From the NCBI GenBank assembly GCA_965214705.1, contig OZ243972.1, forward strand, positions 3,040,001-3,104,000: a stretch of 64,000 nt of DNA. The letters are read 5' to 3'. The position numbers and the translations under genes were made by a program. Of this stretch, positions 20,505-29,542 are shown one piece after another (the first letter of the stretch is position 1; each line of letters opens with the position of its first letter). Origin of the DNA: Alphaproteobacteria bacterium (GTDB lineage: Bacteria; Pseudomonadota; Alphaproteobacteria; UBA828). Below the pieces are notes generated by a model that was given only the letters and a program-made list of their open reading frames with translations, was not told the DNA's origin and did not search any database.

Positions 20505-21383
20505 ATGACCGGGACCGCGTGCGACACGAACACCGTCACCCCTCTTCGCCAGCGCATGGAGGAGCAGCTCCGCATCGCCAATCTGGCCGCGAGCACGTCC
20601 AAGGCCTACATCTGCGAGATCAAGAACCTGGCCAGGTACTACGACGCCTCGCCGGACGAGCTCGACGCCGAGCAGGTGCGCCAGTGGTACCTGGGGCGGA
20701 TCGACAAGGGGCTCAGTCCGGGCACGACCAACGTCTCCTTCGCCGCGCTGAACTTCCTCTACATCGACACACTCGGCTGGCCTGACCATGTCGCCGGCCT
20801 GCGCTCCCGCAAGAAGCCCGGCAAGCTGCCGCGCTACATGTCGGAGCAGGAGGTCGAGCACCTCATCCTTGCGACACCCGACCTCCGCCACCGTGCTGCC
20901 ATTGTCACCGGCTATGGCGGCGGGCTCCGCATCTCCGAGACCTTGGCCATCAAGGTCGGCGACATCCTGTCGGAGAAGAAGCTGCTGCACATCCCCTCCG
21001 GCAAAGGCGGCACCGAGAGAATGGCACCGTTGCCGGACATCGTCATCCACTACTTGCGCGTCTACTACAGGAACATCTGGCCGCGTCCGACGAACTGGCT
21101 CTTCTACGGCGTCTCGCTCGACAGGCCCATCGCAACGGAGACCTTGCAGGCCGCCTTCAGGAGGGCGCGCGACATTGCCGAGCTCGACCGCAGCTACACC
21201 TTCCATTGCCTGCGCCATTCGGCGGCGACCCATCTCCTCGAGCGCGGCGGCGATATCGAGGTGATCCGGGACATGCTCGGCCATCGAAGCGCGAACACGA
21301 CCCGTCACTACGCCCGCGTCACCGGCAAGATGTTCGAGGGCCTCGACCACCCGATCTCAGGCTTCGCAGCGTTGCGCAACTGA
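20505..21383 (+). CDS. tyrosine recombinase (292 aa)
   Basis: GLRISE, GKGG, HCLRHS, MLGH, TTRHY catalytic set; RBS AGGGAGA. Confidence 0.92.
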   Translation: MTGTACDTNTVTPLRQRMEEQLRIANLAASTSKAYICEIKNLARYYDASPDELDAEQVRQWYLGRIDKGLSPGTTNVSFAALNFLYIDTLGWPDHVAGLRSRKKPGKLPRYMSEQEVEHLILATPDLRHRAAIVTGYGGGLRISETLAIKVGDILSEKKLLHIPSGKGGTERMAPLPDIVIHYLRVYYRNIWPRPTNWLFYGVSLDRPIATETLQAAFRRARDIAELDRSYTFHCLRHSAATHLLERGGDIEVIRDMLGHRSANTTRHYARVTGKMFEGLDHPISGFAALRN

Positions 21384-21389
21384 CGGCGC

Positions 21390-22631
21390 GTGGAGGCCGA
21401 ACGCGCGGGCGTGGCGGAGATCTTCCGCCGCGCCGGCGCCGCTTTCCGTGAGCGCCACAAAGGGCGCATCGACGCCGCCCGGCTCAAGGTCATGGGCGCC
21501 ATCGAGGCGTGCCGCACCGCCGTGCTCGGCGGCCACATGTACGCCTGCGAGGGCTGCGGGCGCGAGCATCCGCTCTTCAACTCCTGCCGCAACCGCCACT
21601 GCCCCACCTGCCAGGGTCTCGCCGCCAACCTCTGGAGCGAGGAGCGCGCCGGGGACATCCTGCCGGTGCCCTACTTCCATGTGGTCTTCACCCTGCCCAA
21701 GGAGGTTGCCGCCATTGCCTTCTGCAACCGCAGGGTGGTGTTCGACATCCTCTTCCGGGCCGTCGCCGAGACCCTGCGCACCATCGCCGCCGATCCCCGC
21801 CACGGCGGCATGCGCATCGGCGGCACCGCGGTCCTCCATACCTGGGATCAGAAGCTCCGCTTCCACCCGCACCTGCACGTGGTCGTGCCCAACGCGGGCT
21901 TCGACGTAGACAGTGGCGAGTGGAAGACGGGGAGCACCACCTTCCTCGCCCCCGTCAAGGTCCTCGGCAGCCTGTTCCGCCGCCTCTTCCTCGAGGAGCT
22001 CGCCCGCGCCCACGGCCGGGGGGACCTGGAGTTCCACGGCACCGTCGCCCACCTCGCCAATCCCGGCGAGTTCCACGCCACGCTTGCCGCCGCCCGGGCC
22101 AGGGACTGGGTGGTCTACGCCAAGCGGCCCTTCCGCGGGCCTGAGCAGGTCTTCCGGTACCTCTCGCACTACACGCACAGGATCGCCATCTCCGACAGCC
22201 GCATCGTCTCCTTCGACGGCGAGACGGTCTCCTTCCGCCACCGAAAGCCCAAGGCGCCGGGGCAGAGAAAGCCGCGCTACGGCATCGCCACCGTGAGCGC
22301 CGACGAGTTCATCCGCCGCTTCCTGAGGCACGTCCTGCCGGACGGCATGCACCGCACTCGCTACTTCGGCATCCTCGCCAACGGCTGCCGCGCCAGCACG
22401 CTGGAGAGAGCACGCCAGGCTCTCGGCGCCCTCGGCTGCGCCGCCCCCGAGGGAAGCGTGGACGGCGCTCAGGCCGAGCCCGACGAAGAGCCCGAGATCG
22501 GCACCGCGCCCGTGGCCTGCCCCCACTGCGGCGGCGTCATGCGCCTCGTCCGCGAAATCCGCCGCCGCCATGAGCCCCGCTCGACGCGCGGCCCGCCGGC
22601 GCTGCCGCCGACCCACAGGGGGAAACCGTGA
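21390..22631 (+). CDS. IS91-family HUH/Y2 transposase with Zn-binding domain
   Basis: CEGC...SCRNRHCPTC, HVVFTLP, HPHLH (HUH), YLSHY (Y2), C-terminal CPHC. Confidence 0.92.
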   Translation: MEAERAGVAEIFRRAGAAFRERHKGRIDAARLKVMGAIEACRTAVLGGHMYACEGCGREHPLFNSCRNRHCPTCQGLAANLWSEERAGDILPVPYFHVVFTLPKEVAAIAFCNRRVVFDILFRAVAETLRTIAADPRHGGMRIGGTAVLHTWDQKLRFHPHLHVVVPNAGFDVDSGEWKTGSTTFLAPVKVLGSLFRRLFLEELARAHGRGDLEFHGTVAHLANPGEFHATLAAARARDWVVYAKRPFRGPEQVFRYLSHYTHRIAISDSRIVSFDGETVSFRHRKPKAPGQRKPRYGIATVSADEFIRRFLRHVLPDGMHRTRYFGILANGCRASTLERARQALGALGCAAPEGSVDGAQAEPDEEPEIGTAPVACPHCGGVMRLVREIRRRHEPRSTRGPPALPPTHRGKP

Positions 22632-22893
22632 GACGGCCGCTCGCTTCGGCCCCGCGCAACGGCGCCAAAGCGCCGACGCACGACCGAACCTGTCTCCGCT
22701 TGAGCCGGGCTGACAGCCCTCGGCTCACACCCCGCTCAGTCCTCGCAGCGTGCGCCCGCATGCCTGCCGAAAGACCGGCGCGAGCGTCGATTTTATGCGC
22801 AACTCTGCTGCCGGTGGATGCCGCCTGACGCTGACATCAGCGCACTTTCCACATAGCTCAACTTCGCCTCTCGTGGCCCGCGGCTTCGTTCAA

Positions 22894-22935
22894 AAGGGTT
22901 GGGCAGGCTCTCGAGAGAGAGCCTGCCCAACCCTT
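22894..22935. other. perfect 19-bp hairpin with GAGA loop at the element right end (also 26040-26081)
   Basis: aagggttgggcaggctctc-gaga-gagagcctgcccaaccctt. Confidence 0.95.
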
Positions 22936-23650
22936 AACCTTGCACCCCTTCAAGAAGGAACCACGAAAGCAGCCCGCGCCTCGCGATATGCATCTCCACA
23001 ATTTGCCCTGGCCTGCAGACGTCTTGGAGAGCTTGGGGGAGACACCAGTCGAGATGCGCGTAACGCTTTCCTATTTCGTCGAACCCAACCCATCGCAGCG
23101 AGGCATTCGTTCTCGCTACCGATACGAGTCCCACGGTCTTCGCTTCGAAGTCAAAAGGGCGCTGGAAACGGTCGACGCTTTTCGCGGACGGATCAACGCG
23201 GTGGCGCGAGATGAAGAAGAGGGGAGCGCAAGAAGCTCCAGTGATCCAGCGTGGTTGATCGGTACGCAGAGTCGTCACAGGGGTTCTCTCCATGGGGACA
23301 TTTGGCGGGGGAGTGCCGCTGATCTCGCAAGTCGAGGGCACATAGCCATCTATCCTTCAATGGGGTGGTGGAGAACGCGCCCCGTGCTGGAACGGTACGA
23401 TCAAGCGGCTCGATACGCTTTGAACGAAGCCGCTACGCGGAGTTAGCGGCGTAGAGTTCATTCATTTCCGAGGCGTCGCGGGTGCCGTTTGTTCTGTGCG
23501 TTCGCTTCCCGGTTGCGTCAGTGGCGCTCCGCCCGTCGGGTGGCGGATCCCCAGCAGCCTCCCGATCACCAGTGGTTAGCATCGACCCCTGCGACGGACC
23601 GTCGCCGGATCGGTCCGGCGGCGCGCCGTCGCGATCCAGGGAGATCGATA

Positions 23651-24529
23651 ATGACCGGGACCGCGTGCGACACGAACACCGTCACCCCTCTTCGCCAGCG
23701 CATGGAGGAGCAGCTCCGCATCGCCAATCTGGCCGCGAGCACGTCCAAGGCCTACATCTGCGAGATCAAGAACCTGGCCAGGTACTACGACGCCTCGCCG
23801 GACGAGCTCGACGCCGAGCAGGTGCGCCAGTGGTACCTGGGGCGGATCGACAAGGGGCTCAGTCCGGGCACGACCAACGTCTCCTTCGCCGCGCTGAACT
23901 TCCTCTACATCGACACACTCGGCTGGCCTGACCATGTCGCCGGCCTGCGCTCCCGCAAGAAGCCCGGCAAGCTGCCGCGCTACATGTCGGAGCAGGAGGT
24001 CGAGCACCTCATCCTTGCGACACCCGACCTCCGCCACCGTGCTGCCATTGTCACCGGCTATGGCGGCGGGCTCCGCATCTCCGAGACCTTGGCCATCAAG
24101 GTCGGCGACATCCTGTCGGAGAAGAAGCTGCTGCACATCCCCTCCGGCAAAGGCGGCACCGAGAGAATGGCACCGTTGCCGGACATCGTCATCCACTACT
24201 TGCGCGTCTACTACAGGAACATCTGGCCGCGTCCGACGAGCTGGCTCTTCTACGGCGTCTCGCTCGACAGGCCCATCGCAACGGAGACCTTGCAGGCCGC
24301 CTTCAGGAGGGCGCGCGACATTGCCGAGCTCGACCGCAGCTACACCTTCCATTGCCTGCGCCATTCGGCGGCGACCCATCTCCTCGAGCGCGGCGGCGAT
24401 ATCGAGGTGATCCGGGACATGCTCGGCCATCGAAGCGCGAACACGACCCGTCACTACGCCCGCGTCACCGGCAAGATGTTCGAGGGCCTCGACCACCCGA
24501 TCTCAGGCTTCGCAGCGTTGCGCAACTGA
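23651..24529 (+). CDS. tyrosine recombinase (copy 2)
   Basis: As copy 1, with one N>S change. Confidence 0.92.
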   Translation: MTGTACDTNTVTPLRQRMEEQLRIANLAASTSKAYICEIKNLARYYDASPDELDAEQVRQWYLGRIDKGLSPGTTNVSFAALNFLYIDTLGWPDHVAGLRSRKKPGKLPRYMSEQEVEHLILATPDLRHRAAIVTGYGGGLRISETLAIKVGDILSEKKLLHIPSGKGGTERMAPLPDIVIHYLRVYYRNIWPRPTSWLFYGVSLDRPIATETLQAAFRRARDIAELDRSYTFHCLRHSAATHLLERGGDIEVIRDMLGHRSANTTRHYARVTGKMFEGLDHPISGFAALRN

Positions 24530-24535
24530 CGGCGC

Positions 24536-25777
24536 GTGGAGGCCGAACGCGCGGGCGTGGCGGAGATCTTCCGCCGCGCCGGCGCCGCTTTCCGTGAGCG
24601 CCACAAAGGGCGCATCGACGCCGCCCGGCTCAAGGTCATGGGCGCCATCGAGGCGTGCCGCACCGCCGTGCTCGGCGGCCACATGTACGCCTGCGAGGGC
24701 TGCGGGCGCGAGCATCCGCTCTTCAACTCCTGCCGCAACCGCCACTGCCCCACCTGCCAGGGTCTCGCCGCCAACCTCTGGAGCGAGGAGCGCGCCGGGG
24801 ACATCCTGCCGGTGCCCTACTTCCATGTGGTCTTCACCCTGCCCAAGGAGGTTGCCGCCATTGCCTTCTGCAACCGCAGGGTGGTGTTCGACATCCTCTT
24901 CCGGGCCGTCGCCGAGACCCTGCGCACCATCGCCGCCGATCCCCGCCACGGCGGCATGCGCATCGGCGGCACCGCGGTCCTCCATACCTGGGATCAGAAG
25001 CTCCGCTTCCACCCGCACCTGCACGTGGTCGTGCCCAACGCGGGCTTCGACGTAGACAGTGGCGAGTGGAAGACGGGGAGCACCACCTTCCTCGCCCCCG
25101 TCAAGGTCCTCGGCAGCCTGTTCCGCCGCCTCTTCCTCGAGGAGCTCGCCCGCGCCCACGGCCGGGGGGACCTGGAGTTCCACGGCACCCTCGCCCACCT
25201 CGCCAATCCCGGCGAGTTCCACGCCACGCTTGCCGCCGCCCGGGCCAGGGACTGGGTGGTCTACGCCAAGCGGCCCTTCCGCGGGCCTGAGCAGGTCTTC
25301 CGGTACCTCTCGCACTACACGCACAGGATCGCCATCTCCGACAGCCGCATCGTCTCCTTCGACGGCGAGACGGTCTCCTTCCGCCACCGAAAGCCCAAGG
25401 CGCCGGGGCAGAGAAAGCCGCGCTACGGCATCGCCACCGTGAGCGCCGACGAGTTCATCCGCCGCTTCCTGAGGCACGTCCTGCCGGACGGCATGCACCG
25501 CATTCGCTACTTCGGCATCCTCGCCAACGGCTGCCGCGCCAGCACGCTGGAGAGAGCACGCCAGGCTCTCGGCGCCCTCGGCTGCGCCGCCCCCGAGGGA
25601 AGCGTGGACGGCGCTCGGGCCGAGCCCGACGAAGAGCCCGAGATCGGCACCGCGCCCGTGGCCTGCCCCCACTGCGGCGGCGTCATGCGCCTCGTCCGCG
25701 AAATCCGCCGCCGCCATGAGCCCCGCTCGACGCGCGGCCCGCCGGCGCTGCCGCCGACCCACAGGGGGAAACCGTGA
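24536..25777 (+). CDS. IS91-family transposase (copy 2)
   Basis: As copy 1, with V>L, T>I and Q>R changes. Confidence 0.92.
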   Translation: MEAERAGVAEIFRRAGAAFRERHKGRIDAARLKVMGAIEACRTAVLGGHMYACEGCGREHPLFNSCRNRHCPTCQGLAANLWSEERAGDILPVPYFHVVFTLPKEVAAIAFCNRRVVFDILFRAVAETLRTIAADPRHGGMRIGGTAVLHTWDQKLRFHPHLHVVVPNAGFDVDSGEWKTGSTTFLAPVKVLGSLFRRLFLEELARAHGRGDLEFHGTLAHLANPGEFHATLAAARARDWVVYAKRPFRGPEQVFRYLSHYTHRIAISDSRIVSFDGETVSFRHRKPKAPGQRKPRYGIATVSADEFIRRFLRHVLPDGMHRIRYFGILANGCRASTLERARQALGALGCAAPEGSVDGARAEPDEEPEIGTAPVACPHCGGVMRLVREIRRRHEPRSTRGPPALPPTHRGKP

Positions 25778-26179
25778 GACGCCCGCTCGCTTCGGCCCCG
25801 CGCAACGGCGCCAAAGCGCCGACGCACGACCGAACCTGTCTCCGCTTGAGCCGGGCTGACAGCCCTCGGCTCACACCCCGCTCAGTCCTCGCAGCGTGCG
25901 CCCGCATGCCTGCCGAAAGACCGGCGCGAGCGTCGATTTTATGCGCAACTCTGCTGCCGGTGGATGCCGCCTGACGCTGACATCAGCGCACTTTCCACAT
26001 AGCTCAACTTCGCCTCTCGTGGCCCGCGGCTTCGTTCAAAAGGGTTGGGCAGGCTCTCGAGAGAGAGCCTGCCCAACCCTTAACCTTGGTCGTCAGCATC
26101 AAGGCACCGGAAACCGATATCGATCTTTATAGTGAAGTCGCAAACCAGATCGACGCTTCGGTCATCATTCAAACCTGAC

Positions 26180-28270
26180 GTGCAATTCCGTATTGCAGCC
26201 AGCTTCACAGACAGCCTCGCGAAGCTGACCGGCGATGAGCAGAAGGCCGCGAAGACCACGGCCTTCGACCTGCAAGTGGACCCGTCGGCGCCGGGGTTGT
26301 CGTTCCACCGGATCGACCGCGCCAAAGACCGGAACTTCTGGTCCGTCCGGGTCAGCCGGGACCTTCGGTTGATCGTCCATCGCACCGCGTCGAGCGTCAT
26401 GCTCGTCTATGTCGGGCATCACGATAACGCTTACCGCTGGGCGGAACGGCGGCGAATCGAGCGGCATCCCAGGACCGGCGCGGCCCAGATCGTCGAGATC
26501 CGCGAGACCGTCCGAGAGATCGAGATCCCGCGCCAAGTCGTCGCAGAAACCCCAGCCGTTGAGCGCGTCCCTGCCAAGCCCGCACTCTTTGCCGACGCTT
26601 CCGATGACGAGCTATTGGGATACGGCGTGCCCGAGGCGTGGCTGGACGATGTGCGAAGCGCGGACGAGGACTCGCTGCTTGACCTCGCCGACCACCTGCC
26701 GGCTGAGGCGGCCGAGGCGCTGCTGGAGCTCGCGACCGGCGGCGCGCCGGAACGGTCGGCGCACGCGGCTGCCGATGCCGACCCGTTCGCCCACCCCGAC
26801 GCGCAACGTCGGTTCCGCCTGGTGGAGAACGCCGACGAACTGGAGCGGGCGCTGGAATATCCGTGGGAGAGGTGGACCGTCTTCCTGCATCCGGCGCAGC
26901 GCCGGATCGTCGAGACACGGTACAGCGGCCCGGCTCGCGTATCCGGTTCGGCCGGTACGGGCAAGACCATCGTGGCGCTGCACCGCGCCGTCCACCTCGC
27001 GGAGACCGATCCGGATACCCGTGTTCTTCTCGCCACCTTCTCCGAGACGCTCGCCAACGCGCTCCGCGTGAGGCTGGGCCGCCTGGTGCACAACCGGCCG
27101 AACATCGCGGAGCGCCTCGAAGTGCATTCGATGGGCGGCATCGGGCGTCGCCTCTACGAAGCCAATTTCGGCGCGCCGCGCCTCGCCACGGATGACGAGC
27201 TCCGGAAATTGATCAATCAAGCATCAACCGAGGCAGCGGAGCACAAGTTCACCCCGCATTTCCTGTGGACCGAATGGAGCCGGGTGGTGGACGCGTGGCA
27301 GCTGGAGAGCTGGGAAGGCTATCGGGATGTCATGCGGCTCGGCCGCAGGACCCGCCTGGCGGAAGCCCAGCGCGAGGTGCTCTGGTCGATCTTCTCCGCG
27401 GTGCGCCAGGGCCTCGACGAACGAGGGCTGCTCACCGAGCCCAGTCTGTTCCGGCATCTGGAACGGCACTTCGCCGGAACGGCTCACCCGCCGTTCGAGT
27501 TCTGCGTCATCGACGAAGCACAGGACATCGGCGTTGCGGAGCTGCGCTTCCTCGCGGTCATCGGCGGCGGGCGACCGGACAGCCTGTTCTTCGCCGGCGA
27601 TCTCGGCCAGCGCATCTTCCGCACGCCCTTCTCCTGGCGGGCGCTCGGGGTGGACGTGCGCGGGCGCTCCCACACGCTCCGCGTCAACTACCGCACCTCC
27701 CATCAAATCCGCCGGCAGGCGGACCGCTTGTTGCCGCTCGAGCTCGCCGACGTGGACGGGAACACCGAGGGGCGCGGCGGCACGGTCTCGGCGTTCAACG
27801 GCCCGGAACCGCGCATCACGGTTCTCGGATCGCCCGACGAAGAGAGCACGGCGGTCGCCGACTGGCTGAGCGCGAGACGGAAAGACGGCTACGTCCCGCA
27901 CGAGATCGCGGTGTTCGTCAGGTCCGAGGCGGAAATACCGCGGGCGCAGGAATCGGTCCGGCTCGCAGGGCTCTCGTCAATGGAGCTGGACGAACGCTCG
28001 GCCGGAACACCCGACAGGGTCGCGGTGGGCACGATGCATCTCGCCAAGGGCCTGGAATTCCGGGCGGTCACGGTGGTGGCGTGCGACGACGAGATCCTGC
28101 CCCTCCAGTCGCGCATCGAAAGCGTCGCCGACCAGGCAGACCTCGAGGACACCTACAGCACCGAGCGGCACCTGCTCTACGTCGCCTGCACCCGCGCCCG
28201 CGATCACCTGCTGGTGACCGGCGTCGATCCGGCGTCCGAGTTCCTCGACGATCTGCGAATGGCCGAATGA
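26180..28270 (+). CDS. UvrD-like SF1 helicase with N-terminal RelE-like domain
   Basis: GTG 1 nt after the rejoined protease stop; FWSVRVSRDLRLIV..VGHHD N-terminus; GSAGTGKT, IDEAQD, GDLGQRI, NYRT, TMHLAKGLEF, YVACTRAR. Confidence 0.88.
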   Translation: MQFRIAASFTDSLAKLTGDEQKAAKTTAFDLQVDPSAPGLSFHRIDRAKDRNFWSVRVSRDLRLIVHRTASSVMLVYVGHHDNAYRWAERRRIERHPRTGAAQIVEIRETVREIEIPRQVVAETPAVERVPAKPALFADASDDELLGYGVPEAWLDDVRSADEDSLLDLADHLPAEAAEALLELATGGAPERSAHAAADADPFAHPDAQRRFRLVENADELERALEYPWERWTVFLHPAQRRIVETRYSGPARVSGSAGTGKTIVALHRAVHLAETDPDTRVLLATFSETLANALRVRLGRLVHNRPNIAERLEVHSMGGIGRRLYEANFGAPRLATDDELRKLINQASTEAAEHKFTPHFLWTEWSRVVDAWQLESWEGYRDVMRLGRRTRLAEAQREVLWSIFSAVRQGLDERGLLTEPSLFRHLERHFAGTAHPPFEFCVIDEAQDIGVAELRFLAVIGGGRPDSLFFAGDLGQRIFRTPFSWRALGVDVRGRSHTLRVNYRTSHQIRRQADRLLPLELADVDGNTEGRGGTVSAFNGPEPRITVLGSPDEESTAVADWLSARRKDGYVPHEIAVFVRSEAEIPRAQESVRLAGLSSMELDERSAGTPDRVAVGTMHLAKGLEFRAVTVVACDDEILPLQSRIESVADQADLEDTYSTERHLLYVACTRARDHLLVTGVDPASEFLDDLRMAE

Positions 28271-28407
28271 TGCTCCCTCGGGCAGAACGTGAAGAATCGT
28301 ATAGCGGGTCACCCAATGCAGCAGCGTGGTCTGCACGCGAGGGCGGCATAGTCGGGTTTGCCAATTCGAGCGAGAGTGCTGCCGACGAACCGAGGCCACT
28401 TCACCCG

Positions 28408-28734
28408 TCATGTCTCAGTTTCGTCCATGGAATACTCTGGCAACTCCGGCGCGACTTCGGAGATGGTACGGCTGATCATCTCGATCTCGTCATGGCGCCC
28501 GGACTTCTCCATGTCCCGGATGATCGCCTGTGCGGTGAACATGGCCGAGCGCAGGAGGTGGATTTCCGCCTCGGTCCTCGGCCATTCGCGCCTATCGAGC
28601 GCCTCCAGGGCGAGGTCGATCACGAGCTCGTTAGCCGTGCGGCTCGTTCCCCTGGCGGCGTTTTCGATTCTCTCCCACTGCTCGGGGAGCACGCGGATGC
28701 GTCTGTGCTGTGCTTTGTCGGTCGTGTCGGTCAT
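28408..28734 (-). CDS. ribbon-helix-helix-like protein, probable relaxosome accessory factor
   Basis: 108 aa; RRIRV.PEQWERIENAA....RTANELVIDLAL fits an RHH pattern; adjacent to the nic candidate. Confidence 0.6.
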   Translation of the reverse strand: MTDTTDKAQHRRIRVLPEQWERIENAARGTSRTANELVIDLALEALDRREWPRTEAEIHLLRSAMFTAQAIIRDMEKSGRHDEIEMISRTISEVAPELPEYSMDETET

Positions 28735-29146
28735 GGCCCGGTCTCGATTCGGTTCGGCTTTCTGGCTCAGATGAGCCACTTTTCTCGCAATTCGCGCAAG
28801 GCAGGCAGCTCTTTCGGGAAGGGAAACCACCGCGTTTCGGTCCGCGGCGAGACCGTTTGGCGGGCGTAGGGCATCGGCTCGGGATACCGGGCGGGCGATG
28901 GGGTCTGGCACAGACCGCGACCATGCTGACGATTGCCTACACCCGGTGGAACCACACGGTCCGTGCCCTGTGTTACGAGGCTGCCTCTAACCCTTTGACA
29001 ATGAACCGCTATCTCCGCGTTACGGTCTCCTTCCCCCTGGTCGCGGTTCGTGCCGTCTCTTCCCGGCACGCGGGAGGTACGCCCAGTTGCGAACGATCGT
29101 AGCCGGTCGCAGCTTATCGCAGGCAATCGGAGCTCCGGCACCCCCT

Positions 29147-29200
29147 GCATCGGGATGCGTCGGGTGTACGAACCAGACCGCTCCGGCGGTAGGAGCGGTC
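29147..29200 (+). other. oriT: oriT candidate: MOBF-type nic site, predicted nick 29167/29168
   Basis: GCAT-CGGG-ATGC hairpin overlapping TGCGTCGGGTGT, one mismatch from the F nic TGCGTGGGGTGT as recalled; perfect 9-bp IR gaccgctcc/ggagcggtc at 29176-29200. Confidence 0.7.
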
Positions 29201-29542
29201 AATTCGTGCAGCATGAGCAATGTGGGAATCTTCGTCGCCGAGCGATGAGGTTCGGAGCCGCCGCGGCGATTGATGCGGGCGATCCGGCCTTCGCGAGCGA
29301 GGGCACCGGTGCGAAGCACCGTGCCGAGCGGTGCGGCAGCGCGTGACATGGACGCGAAACGCAGCGCCGACAGCGAGCGAAGCGAGACCCCGGATCGCAG
29401 TCCGGGGCAGGCTGCGCATTGAGCGCCGCGCGAAGCGCGCGCGCGGTGGTCGGTACAGACGCGAGACGGTCGGTGCGAAGAGAACGAGCCGCGCCGCCGT
29501 CCCGATGCCGGGAAGACGACGCGGCCCGCGATGCGTTGCGGT

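Larger units (their letters stand above)
20277..22942 (+). mobile_element. 2666-bp tyrosine recombinase + IS91-family transposase element, copy 1
   Basis: Boundaries fixed by restoring the protease frame and by identity with copy 2; TTG at both junctions (20274-20276, 22940-22942). Confidence 0.93.
23423..26088 (+). mobile_element. 2666-bp tyrosine recombinase + IS91-family transposase element, copy 2
   Basis: Direct copy offset by 3146 bp; at least 5 substitutions seen; TTG at 23420-23422 and 26086-26088. Confidence 0.93.
18342..26178 (+). pseudogene. ietS: S8 subtilase (IetS-like) split in three: 18342-20276 + 22943-23422 + 26089-26178 (834 aa when rejoined)
   Basis: Catalytic motifs LLDTG, GHGTQMAG, SAGN, ATSSATA. 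Removing both insertions restores the frame: VVQERL|HPFKK and ARYAL|VVSIKAPETDIDLYSEVANQI..QT*. Confidence 0.9.

Noticed and set aside
20277-22942. Element as a self-splicing intron (group I IStron or group II)
   Set aside because: No register of the TTG gives both a U-ending 5' exon and a terminal G; no group II domain V or reverse transcriptase seen. RT-PCR would be the final test.
20277-26088. Duplicate element as an assembly artefact
   Set aside because: The copies have different flanks that each restore the protease frame, and they differ at several sites; long reads would settle it
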